In this document: positions 39,285 through 48,663 of the stretch, one piece after another
How positions within the stretch are numbered: the stretch's first letter is position 1
How the letters are laid out: each line of letters begins with the position of its first letter
Assembly: GCA_964016885.1 (NCBI GenBank)
Contig: OZ024740.1
Span: forward strand, 272,242,001-272,306,000
From: Eledone cirrhosa
Taxonomy: Eukaryota
Length of the DNA: 64,000 nucleotides
Direction of reading: 5' to 3'
Translations under genes and position numbers: made by a program
The notes under the pieces: generated by a model
The model's database searches: none
Told to the model about the DNA's origin: nothing
What the model saw: only the letters and a program-made list of their open reading frames with translations

Positions 39285-41508
39285 CTTCTGCTTGACGCGT
39301 GGAACATCGCCGGTAAGATTTTTTGTAAATTTATATACGAAACACAGAATAAATTGTTTGAAAAATGGTATCCTAGATGCACGATGGGACTATGTGGGAG
39401 CATGTCACAGTAGAGCGGGGTGCAACAGCCTCAAAACTTTAATCGGCCAATTCCAACTGGCCGATAGGTATCGGCTGGATTTCCCGACTGCACCACAGTG
39501 GACGTGGGCAAACCGCAGCGGGACATCTAGGTCGTATTTAGATAGGTTCTTCATTAGAGAAAGGGACAAGGAGACAAGGACAAGGAGATGTTAAGCTGTC
39601 CACGAATGCACATGGTTGCCTATTCAGATCACAAATTAGTCGTCTGCTTAGTCAACCATGATAGAACACATAAACAAGGACCCGGATACTGGAAGCTGAA
39701 CGTGTCGTTGCCGGCACGTAAAGCTTACAGTGAACGGATAAGTAGACTAGTCAAGCATCAGTTAACAGGAGCCATCGTCAACAATTGATGGTGGTACTCT
39801 CTCAAGAAAGCAATTATAATAGAATCGATAGGGTTTAGCAGAGAGTTAGCCTTAGAGAAAAACAAACTAGAAAGAGAACTAATAGCCAAGGTAGAGGAGG
39901 CACTTAGAAGTGGCAATACGGCTAGAGTGTTAGCGTCGAGAACGGCACTGGATCAGTTCTTCGATGCGAAACACGAAGGCTGCGTGGTCAGAAGCAAAAC
40001 ACGTGCTCTAGGAAACGAAGGAGCGAAAGCTGTCAGCTGGGCCCGAGTGGCGGAGGCAAAAAGTGGCAACATGTCCACGATTCGGTCTTTGTAAGATCAA
40101 AACGGACGCGTGTTACTTGACCCCAAGCAAATGTGCGCGCCCTTTCAGCAGCACTTTGCGCGACTGTTTGAGCAGAACGACGGTGAGCCGAACGGGGCAA
40201 TGGACTTTAGTTCATACATCGACGGCCTTCCACGTCTCTTGAACACGGACGCCGAGTTCTGCGATAGACCAATCACGGAAACTGAGATATGGGACGCTCT
40301 GGGCCGCTGCGGGAAAAGCAAGTCACTCGGTATAGATGGTCTACCCTATGAGTTTTACATAGGCATGCCGGACTTGTTCTCTGGCGTCCTCGAAGCCGTC
40401 TACTGCAATTGGCGAGAATTCGCAGTTCTGCAGGCAAGGGCGTAGTAACGCTGATCAGGAAGAACGAGAACAAGGGGGACGAAATTAACAACTTCAGGCC
40501 CATAACTCTGCTCAATACAGAGTTAAAGATTTTGGCCAAGGTGCTAGCGACGAGGTTGGCGCTTGTCGTCGAGAACCTGGTAGGGAAAGCGAAAACGTGT
40601 GCAATCCCGACCAGGTCCATACACGACAACCTCCACCTCATGCGATACATCATAAAGAGTGTGGGTAGTAAACCCGGCTTCGGTGGGGATCTGATCAATT
40701 TGGATCAGTCTATGGCATTCGATAGGGTCGACCATCGATACTTGGAAGCGGTTCTCAAGGCGGCCGGTTTCGGTCCCGTGTTCAGAGGCTGGATCGAGGC
40801 GATGCACACCAGCATCTGCTCGAGGGTCAAGGTGAACGGCTACCTATCGGAGCCGTTCGCAATCACGCGTTCCATTCGACAGGGGTTCCCTATCTCCTCC
40901 ATTCTGTATGTATTGACTCTAGAGCCACTACTGCGGAAATTGGAGCTGTTGCAGGGCATCCCTCTAGGACCGGGACTGCGCAAAGCGGCGCCGGCTTATG
41001 CCGATGACGTGACGGTAATGGTGTCGAGAGGCGGTTTTCCTCTGTACGGTGGCTATGGTGAAAGAAGTTATATGGTGGACGAGATTGAGACGACTGAGGA
41101 CAGATGCCTTTCTCTCCGGACAACAATTGATTCCCTTCTTTAAATATCACTTTAGAAGGAGAATCAGAGTGGAGAGAGAGAGGCACTGCACCCCAGTAAA
41201 TTTACTGAAAGGTGGGTGAATGAAGCGAAAATGACCCGAGTGATTGGGCCTTCTCTGTTTATAAGCCTGTAGGTTGAAGAAGAGAGCAAAAGGAAGAAAG
41301 GAGCACTTGCACAACACGCTCCTACAGTTGAGGGTTGTTCTATCGACGGGGTATTAAACAACCCATTTGTGGCGCCTCCCCCCTATTGGGGATTTCGATT
41401 GTTGTAATTGTTTGTTTTTATATTTTTTACACGACTGTATGTAAAATCCACGGCATGTCTTTGTATTGTCCCCTTTTGTTGTGCGCCCTTGTGGCAAATA
41501 AAGAAATC
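39285..41508 (+). mobile_element. Tx1/L1-clade LINE copy E, internally deleted and degraded, flanked by (ATCT)n on both sides
   Basis: Fragments NGILDARWD, SRSYLDR, YSDHK, GPGYWKLN (APE), and FRPITLLN, AFDRVDH, IRQG, AYADDVT (RT), then a jump to the C-terminus (KEVIWWTRL..ERWVNEA). Ends AATAAAGAAATC. ATCT tracts at 39210-39284 and 41506-41528. Confidence 0.92.
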
Positions 41509-41529
41509 TATCTATCAATCTATCTATCT

Positions 41530-42060
41530 TCCTTATGGGGTCGATAAAAAAAAGCATCAGTAACTTATTAGAGTCTATTTAATCGACTTTTCACTCCCTC
41601 AAATCGTTGGCTTTGTAGCTTAACCAGAAACTACTAAGGCGATAGATTGTCAGTATCACTAGAGTGTCGGACACCCTACATCGTGCCAAACAGTTTTACG
41701 TTCTGATTTCAAATCACGCTGCAGTTAGCTTTACCTTTCATCTTACCGTGATAAAATAAAGCACATGTAACGCACTGGTGTCGATTTACTCGATATTCCC
41801 TCCCCAATATTGTTGGCCTTATGTCTAAATCATAAATCATTAGGGCGGTGGACTAGCAGTATCGGTAGAGCATCAGACGCCATGCATCGCGGTATATAGT
41901 TACGGCCCTTTACGTTCTCATTTCAAATCCCACCGAGGTTATCTTTGCCTTTCATCCTTACGGGGTCGATAAAATAAAGTATCAGTAATGCACTGGGATC
42001 GATTTAATCGACTTTTCCCTCCCCCAAATTGCTACCCTTATACCTAAATGAGAAACCACG
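41530..42060 (+). mobile_element. Three tandem family-1 SINE copies (first one 5'-truncated)
   Basis: Cores at about 41535, 41735 and 41950. Confidence 0.82.
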
Positions 42061-42311
42061 ATCGCTTCTGATTATGTAGACTTATAATCAAAGGTGCTCC
42101 AGCCGTTACCATCATCTCTTTTGTTTTTCAAGACATAGAACTACATTATTCAACGTATCCTTCCATTTTTTATGCAATACAGTGTTATTTGGGAGAGAAT
42201 TGGGGGGTATTTGTAACGAGCAGCGACTCTATTATAGGCTAGAGGAAGGCGTAGTTTTCAACTATTGTGACTATACATTAATAGGCTGTGGAACTGGAAT
42301 GCCACACAACC

Positions 42312-42355
<44 letters not shown>

Positions 42356-42614
42356 TTTCTTTATTAACCACAAGGGTTTACATAAAGTAGACATTAAGGA
42401 CAGTGCAGGACAATGCAGGACGGTACAAATGGGCATTTCTGCGTGTAAAAAAACAAAAACAGAGGATGTAACAAAAATAACAATGAGAATAAAAATGAAA
42501 AATTCCCCAATAGGGGGGAGACTTCGGAGGGACATTTGTGGAGAAAGCCCAGTAAAAAGCCACAATGACCCTGACCACCAAGGCAAGTGCCCTCTCCCAG
42601 TTTCCACCTTTAGT

Positions 42615-45600
42615 TTACAGATATATACTCAGAGTCGGCCCATTCACTCGGGCCATTCTTGCTTCTCTCACCCATCTTTCAACAAAATGCTGGGAAGAGA
42701 GCACTTCCTTCTCTACTCTGATTTTCCTTTTCAAATGAAATTTGAAAAAGTCAATCAGAGCATCACCGAAGAGGTAAGTGCTCGTCTTCAGCCCTTTCAA
42801 ACGTGTCCACCATACTATCTCTTTCGCCATGGCCACCAGACAGATAAAAACTGCCTGCCCTTCCCGGCTAAAGGAGGAGGGCGGGGCAATCCTCACGATA
42901 GACTCAGATGATAGCTGGATCCGTCCTAAACGCGACAGCAGGTGTTCGACATAAACCCACAAGTCAGCAATTTTCGGACACTGGACGAGTGCGTGCAGGA
43001 CGGTTTCGTCGCCCTGCGCGCATCTCGGACATGCCCGGCTGACGGCACCTCCATGCCTGTAGAGTTTATCCCGAACTGGCAAGGCTCCTCGGTAGCACTG
43101 CCAGGCCAGAGATTTCTGGAAGTTGTCCATAGGCCCTGGCCCGAAAGTTCTTCCGAAGAGATTGGCTAGTTGATTTTCGTCGACGCCTAGAGTTTCCCCA
43201 AGTACGTCGTCGCTCTTCCCCTCCACTAATCCTCTATAGAACGCCGAGGTGGAGTTTCCACCGATCACATTGCCCGATTGGTCGAGGGCTGTGAGCGCCT
43301 GAAGACATTCCAGTCTCCAGGCGCTCCCTCTCGGTCTTCGCTTGACCCAGGACTGCAGCTCCGTCAAGGAAACGAGCTGGGGAAAAACGCGTCTAGCAAA
43401 CGGCGACCACACCTGATCACCGTCGAGGAAGAGGTGGAGATGTCGTAGCCTGAGCGCGTGCCTGCGCATCATCAGCCACGGCATGCCCAGCCCTCCACGT
43501 AGCGGGTGTTGACAACAGATGGACCGCCTGACCATCGGAGCACGTCCCTTCCACAAAAAGCGAAAGAGCAAACGCTCCAGCGCAGTCAGGCGAGGCTTAG
43601 GACAAGGTACGACGGTTAGGCGGTAGCAGATGACAGACGCGATGTACGCGTTAGCCACCTCCGCTCGACCTTTCAGGGATAGCTTCCTCTCCGCCCATTT
43701 CTGGGTGAGAGAAGCCACCCTGCTCGTCACCTCGTCCCAGTTTTTGTCCGTCTGGAGGTCCGGACCGAACCAGACCCCTAGCAATTTAACCGGTCCGTCC
43801 GTCCAGCGCCCGACGACGCTGTTGGACGGCATGGACCTGCCTCTCCAGGTGCCGAGCTGCAGGCCCACTGACTTTTCCTGGTTGATCATTGCTCCTGTCA
43901 CCGCTTCGTATTCTCTTAGTGTAGTGCCGATCGCCTCGATGTGTTTGGCGTTCGACACCACTACGGTGACATCGTCCGCATATGCTGACACGGATCTTCC
44001 GCATCCTAGTTCGCGCGGGACTCCCCTCAACGTCTCCAGTTTGTGCAGTAATGGCTCGAGAGTCAATACGTACAAGAGGGACGAGAGGGGACATCCTTGG
44101 CGGACCGAGCGCATGATGTTGAACGGTTCCGACAGGTGACCGTTCACTCTCACTACAGAGCAGATGTCGCTGTGCATGGCAGCGATCCAGCCTCTGAAGA
44201 CGGGCCCAAAGCCAGCCGCCCTCAGGACTGCCGCTAGGTAACGATGGTCGACCCTATCGAAAGCTTTCGACTGATCTAAATTGATCAAGGACCCACCCGT
44301 GCCAGGTTCCCTAGCTACCCTCTCTACGATGTATCGCATGAGGTGGAGGTTGTCGTGGATGGATCTGTCGGGAATGGCGCATGTCTGCGCCTCTCCCACC
44401 AGACCACCAACGACAAGCGCCAACCTCTTTGCTAGCACCTTGGCCAAAATCTTAAACTCTGTGTTTAGCAGAGTTATGGGCCGGAAATTGTCTATGTTAT
44501 CCCCCTTGTTCGGATCCTTTCTCAGCAGTGCCACCGCTCCTCGGCTCACAGAACTGGGAATTCTCCCGTTCTGTTGCCAGTTGCAGTAGACGTCCGCCAA
44601 GAGGCCTCCGAACAAGTCTGGCATCTGTACGTAAAGTTCATAGGGCAGACCATCCAAACCAGGCGATTTACCCCTTGCGCAGCCAGTCATTGCCTCCCGT
44701 ACTTCAGCGGCTGTTATCGGCTTTTCGCAACACTTCGCCTCAGTGGCCGAGAGCCGCGGCAGTCCGTCGAGGTAGACACTAAAGTCCATCCCTCTACCCG
44801 GCCCCCCGCTGCCCCCGAACAGCTGAGCGAAGTGTCGCTGAAAAGCTTCACACATTTGCCCGGGATCGAGTAGCATGCGCCCGTCGTGGTCCACCAAAGA
44901 CCGGATCGTGGCTTTGTTGCCACGACGCGCCTCCGCCACTCGGGCCCATTGAACGGCTTTCGTCCCCTCGTGTCTGAGAGCACGCACCCTAGCTCTGACA
45001 ACGCAGCCTTCGTGCTTTGCATTGAAGAATTGGTCAAGGGCCAATTTCGCCGCAAGCACGTCGGTCGCAATGCCTTTGCTAAGCGCCTCGTCTAATTTTT
45101 TAACTAGTTCTCCCTCTGCTCTATTTTTCTCTATTGCTAAAGCCTTACTAAACCTAATCGATTCTATTCTAATCGCTCTTTTCAGAGCAAACCACCACTT
45201 GTTGTTGACGATGGCCCCCGTCAACGCCCGCTTAACTAGTTCGCTAATCCGGTCTCTGTAGGCCTTGCGCGCTGGTAAGGACGCGTTTAGCTTCCAGTAG
45301 CCGGGTCCTCGTCTATGAAGCCTATCTAAGTCAAGCACACAGGTCACGAATTTGTGGTCCGTGTAGCTGACTATCTTGAATTGTGGACAGCCTATGCTAG
45401 ACCTATCTATTTCCCTACAAAATACTCTATCTAGATATGATCTGGATGACCCTATGCGGTTTGTCCAAGTCCACATTGGCACATTCGGGAAATCCAATCG
45501 GTACCTGTCAGACAGTTCAAAACGCCTGAGCAGGTTGGTGAGGCTCTTGCACCCTCCACCCCTATCCGCTAATCCCACACAGTCCCAGCGTGCATCTAAG

Positions 45601-46034
45601 ATCCCGTTCCAGTCGCCCACTAACACTAAAGAGCGCGACGTTCCAAGAAAGGTCTCCAGACGCCGGTAGAAATCAGGCCGCCCTGCTCCTGTCGGGGCAT
45701 AGACGGCCACTAGCCTGAAAGCTTGCCCGTCTCCGCTGGTCACGTCCAGCACCACCAGCTTACCCTCTGGGTCCAGGAAGATGGCCCGTATGGCGAGATC
45801 CAAACCTCTCCGAAAAAGTACAGCAACTCCTCCACCCGATCCAGGACGGCTGGGAGATGCGTACACATCGTAGCCGCCGAAGATCGGTGCGAAGGCCCGT
45901 GCTTCGGAGATTCTGGTCTCGCTGATGGCCACTACATCTATGTTTAGTGACCTGAGGTCGTTGAGCAGGTGACCCTGCTTCCATGACGACCCCAAGCCAC
46001 GCGCATTTATGCTGCCTATTCTGAGTGAGGTCAT
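42615..46034 (-). CDS. LINE ORF2: APE endonuclease, reverse transcriptase and C-terminal CCHC finger (1139 aa)
   Basis: SINARG, ISETR, VAVYAP, GDWN, YLDRVF, TDHK (APE). SPGLDGLP, FRPITLLN, KAFDRV, VRQGCPLS, YADD (RT). CPRC..ETVLHALVQC. Confidence 0.97.
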   Translation of the reverse strand: MTSLRIGSINARGLGSSWKQGHLLNDLRSLNIDVVAISETRISEARAFAPIFGGYDVYASPSRPGSGGGVAVLFRRGLDLAIRAIFLDPEGKLVVLDVTSGDGQAFRLVAVYAPTGAGRPDFYRRLETFLGTSRSLVLVGDWNGILDARWDCVGLADRGGGCKSLTNLLRRFELSDRYRLDFPNVPMWTWTNRIGSSRSYLDRVFCREIDRSSIGCPQFKIVSYTDHKFVTCVLDLDRLHRRGPGYWKLNASLPARKAYRDRISELVKRALTGAIVNNKWWFALKRAIRIESIRFSKALAIEKNRAEGELVKKLDEALSKGIATDVLAAKLALDQFFNAKHEGCVVRARVRALRHEGTKAVQWARVAEARRGNKATIRSLVDHDGRMLLDPGQMCEAFQRHFAQLFGGSGGPGRGMDFSVYLDGLPRLSATEAKCCEKPITAAEVREAMTGCARGKSPGLDGLPYELYVQMPDLFGGLLADVYCNWQQNGRIPSSVSRGAVALLRKDPNKGDNIDNFRPITLLNTEFKILAKVLAKRLALVVGGLVGEAQTCAIPDRSIHDNLHLMRYIVERVAREPGTGGSLINLDQSKAFDRVDHRYLAAVLRAAGFGPVFRGWIAAMHSDICSVVRVNGHLSEPFNIMRSVRQGCPLSSLLYVLTLEPLLHKLETLRGVPRELGCGRSVSAYADDVTVVVSNAKHIEAIGTTLREYEAVTGAMINQEKSVGLQLGTWRGRSMPSNSVVGRWTDGPVKLLGVWFGPDLQTDKNWDEVTSRVASLTQKWAERKLSLKGRAEVANAYIASVICYRLTVVPCPKPRLTALERLLFRFLWKGRAPMVRRSICCQHPLRGGLGMPWLMMRRHALRLRHLHLFLDGDQVWSPFARRVFPQLVSLTELQSWVKRRPRGSAWRLECLQALTALDQSGNVIGGNSTSAFYRGLVEGKSDDVLGETLGVDENQLANLFGRTFGPGPMDNFQKSLAWQCYRGALPVRDKLYRHGGAVSRACPRCAQGDETVLHALVQCPKIADLWVYVEHLLSRLGRIQLSSESIVRIAPPSSFSREGQAVFICLVAMAKEIVWWTRLKGLKTSTYLFGDALIDFFKFHLKRKIRVEKEVLSSQHFVERWVREARMARVNGPTLSIYL

Positions 46035-46069
46035 GTTTAAAATAGAGTGGAAAAGATGGGAAAGACCAC

Positions 46070-48166
46070 TTACCGTACTTTTGGTAGAGGAGGGATGGTT
46101 TTTACATCCCTTTTCACTTGATCGTCTGGTGAAGGGACCGTTGAATCGTCCCTTCGGCTGGTCGTCGGCTCTTCTAAGAGAATGTCTGAGTATACTCTTC
46201 GATTGATGGTTCCTCCTAGGTCCCTGAAATCACCAACTGCGTTGGGGAATTTCGTTTTAATATTTGTGTATTGTTTCTGTGCTATTTTTAGCAGTCTTAT
46301 GTTAGTTGGCGTTTTGATTGGTGCTGGTATTATGTAGTCCTGTTGTGAAATGTCTGTGTGTTCAATTATGTAAGTCATTAGTTTCTTGTTGTGTGTATTT
46401 ATTGCCGTGCATTTGTTTTTCTGGGGGTGGGGTGTGGTTCTACTATTTTCTTGTCGTTGTTGCTGGGTGTGTGTGTTTTGTTGTTGTGTTTGCGATGTTG
46501 GTGCTTGTGGTGGTGGTGTTGAAGGTGTTGTTGGCGGTGGGGTTGTCGCCGGTGGTGATGGTGGTGCTAGTGTGGGTGGTGATGGTGTTGGTGTTGTTGC
46601 TGCTGTGGGTCTCTTTGTAGTAGACTTTACCCTTTTCTCATTTCTTTCCTCCCTTTTCAAAGGCGACGATGCGCTGCTTCTGCGTTTGTGCCTTCTTACG
46701 ACCTTTTGCCATCTCTCTCCCACCTCACACTCCATGTCTGATTCTGTGAGGTCGGGGAGGGGTACCAACTCCACTCTTTCGCTTGTTGTTGTTGGTGATG
46801 TTTGCACTGGAGTCTCTGTTGCAGCTGCATTTGGTATTGCTGTTGTTGTTGTTAGTATTTCCACTGCTGCTGCTGTTTTTGATTTCCATGGAGTGGGTAT
46901 GGGTGCCACGGGCCTATCGTTCCTGGTTGCCGCTTGTCCTGTTGCTGGTAGCCGTGGAGCCGGATTCGGAAGGAGGGGGGTTTTCTCCTTTCTCAGGGTC
47001 TTCTCGTTGCAGAAGGCCCTGAGGTGAGTCTTCGATCCACAGCGAAAGCATTTCGGGCGTTTGCCCTCAACACTTATGGGCAGTTGAGTGCCGTTATCGA
47101 AGTCTATCACATCCGGGATAGCTTCGATGCACTCCTGGTTGGTTTGGATTAGCATCTCAATGGAGGAGCCGACCCAATCTTCTCTTACTTTTTTCTGTAC
47201 TTGCAGTACAGTTGTTTTGTCCTCGATTCCGACGAGGACAGACGCGGCCAGCCAAGAAGGGGTCATTCCGGGGGGGACGTGGGTCAGTTTGACCCTCACA
47301 ATTTTTTGCCCACAGTAGGAGGGCACCAACACCATTTCCTCGCTCCTTAGGGTCACTACTGATTGGGCCTTTGCCTCCTGGGGTGTGGCAAAAAGTACGT
47401 CTACGGTGGCATATTTTTTGCCTCGGGTGATGTGCGTTTTCCGCTGCCACACAGACCCCAAGGCTTTTTGTATTTGGGCCTCTGTGGCTCTTTCCACCCT
47501 ACGGGATTTTGTACTTACTGTACGGTACGTGACCGTACAGTGCTCTTGGGTTTCGAAAAAATTTTTCGCTGCCTTGCAGATTGCTCGGTGTCCGTTCTTT
47601 GTCACCATCTTCTTCGCTTCCTCTAATTCCTCATTTGTTATGAGGATTGTTTCCAAGTTTTTCGCAATACCTGCAAATGAGATTGGTTTTTCTCTGCTGT
47701 TGTTGTTGTCGTCAGAGCTGCTGGTACTTTTGTTGTTGCTGCAGGTACTACGACTACTGCCTCCGCCGCTGTTGCTGTGGTTGTTGTTGGTGTTGCTGCT
47801 GCTAATGCTGTTGTTGTTTATGCTGCTGGTGATGCTGTTGCGGCTGCTACTGTTGTTTTCATTGTCACTGTTGCAGTTGTTATTACGGCTGCTACTGCTA
47901 TTATTCCTGACGTCAGACGAATGAACTGGGTCTTCGTATTTCCCGCACACCTGTTTCGTCGCTGTCGTCGTCGTCGTGGAGAAACCTTGCACGCTTTGCA
48001 CGAGACTTTTCTTTTCTTTCGTCACTTGCGAAAGAGAAGGGAGGGAGAGAGACACATTTAAAGAAGGGAGGGAGAGAGACAATCTTCTCTCTGCTGTAGT
48101 GATGATTGAGGAAGAAGAAGACGGAATGAGTGGGAGTGACGTATGAAATTTCTTTTTCGTAGCCAT
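46070..48166 (-). CDS. LINE ORF1 gag-like nucleic-acid-binding protein (698 aa)
   Basis: ATG in AACAACATGG context. Asn/Ser-rich N-terminal part, RRM-like segment, zinc knuckle CFRCGSKTHLRAFC (CX2CX4HX4C), Pro/Thr-rich linker, basic WQKVVRRHKRR. Confidence 0.93.
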   Translation of the reverse strand: MATKKKFHTSLPLIPSSSSSIITTAERRLSLSLPSLNVSLSLPSLSQVTKEKKSLVQSVQGFSTTTTTATKQVCGKYEDPVHSSDVRNNSSSSRNNNCNSDNENNSSSRNSITSSINNNSISSSNTNNNHSNSGGGSSRSTCSNNKSTSSSDDNNNSREKPISFAGIAKNLETILITNEELEEAKKMVTKNGHRAICKAAKNFFETQEHCTVTYRTVSTKSRRVERATEAQIQKALGSVWQRKTHITRGKKYATVDVLFATPQEAKAQSVVTLRSEEMVLVPSYCGQKIVRVKLTHVPPGMTPSWLAASVLVGIEDKTTVLQVQKKVREDWVGSSIEMLIQTNQECIEAIPDVIDFDNGTQLPISVEGKRPKCFRCGSKTHLRAFCNEKTLRKEKTPLLPNPAPRLPATGQAATRNDRPVAPIPTPWKSKTAAAVEILTTTTAIPNAAATETPVQTSPTTTSERVELVPLPDLTESDMECEVGERWQKVVRRHKRRSSASSPLKREERNEKRVKSTTKRPTAATTPTPSPPTLAPPSPPATTPPPTTPSTPPPQAPTSQTQQQNTHTQQQRQENSRTTPHPQKNKCTAINTHNKKLMTYIIEHTDISQQDYIIPAPIKTPTNIRLLKIAQKQYTNIKTKFPNAVGDFRDLGGTINRRVYSDILLEEPTTSRRDDSTVPSPDDQVKRDVKTIPPLPKVR

Positions 48167-48663
48167 GTTGTTTTTTGTTTAAAATGAATATTGGGTACAA
48201 AACCCCAATAACTGGTTATTTAGTCCCGAAGGGCCAAATAACGGACAGAAAGACCCCTCTCACGAGGAGGAGGGTGTCTTTATCAACAATTTGGTTCAAG
48301 TTTTAAACAATTTACAATTGTTTTAACGGTTAAAAATTACTATACCTTACAGAGCCGAGCCTCCGTCAACCATGGCATTCAATAATAATAATAATAATAA
48401 TAATAATGATTTCTTTATTAACCACAAGGGTTTACATAAAGTAGACATTAAGGACAGTGCAGGACAATGCAGGACGGTACAAATGGGCATTTCTGCGTGT
48501 AAAAAACAAAAAAACAGAGGATGTAACAACAATGAAAATAACAATGAAAAATTCCCCAGTAGGGGGGAGACTTCGGAGGGACATTTGTGGAGAAAGCCCA
48601 GTAAAAGCCACAATGACCCTGACCACTAAGGCAAGTGCCCTATCCCAGTTTTCCACCTTTAAT

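Larger units (their letters stand above)
42354..48380 (-). mobile_element. Full-length, apparently intact Tx1/L1-clade LINE (copy A, ~6.0 kb) between (AAT)n tracts
   Basis: 5'UTR (48167-48380), ORF1, 35-nt spacer, ORF2, 3'UTR ending AATAAAGAAATC then (ATT)n. AAT tracts at 42313-42353 and 48381-48407. Confidence 0.97.

Noticed and set aside
42942-47924. Plus-strand ORFs overlapping the Tx1 elements (also 48991-53553 and 54352-58754)
   Set aside because: Antisense shadows of GC-rich or low-complexity coding sequence with no recognisable motifs.
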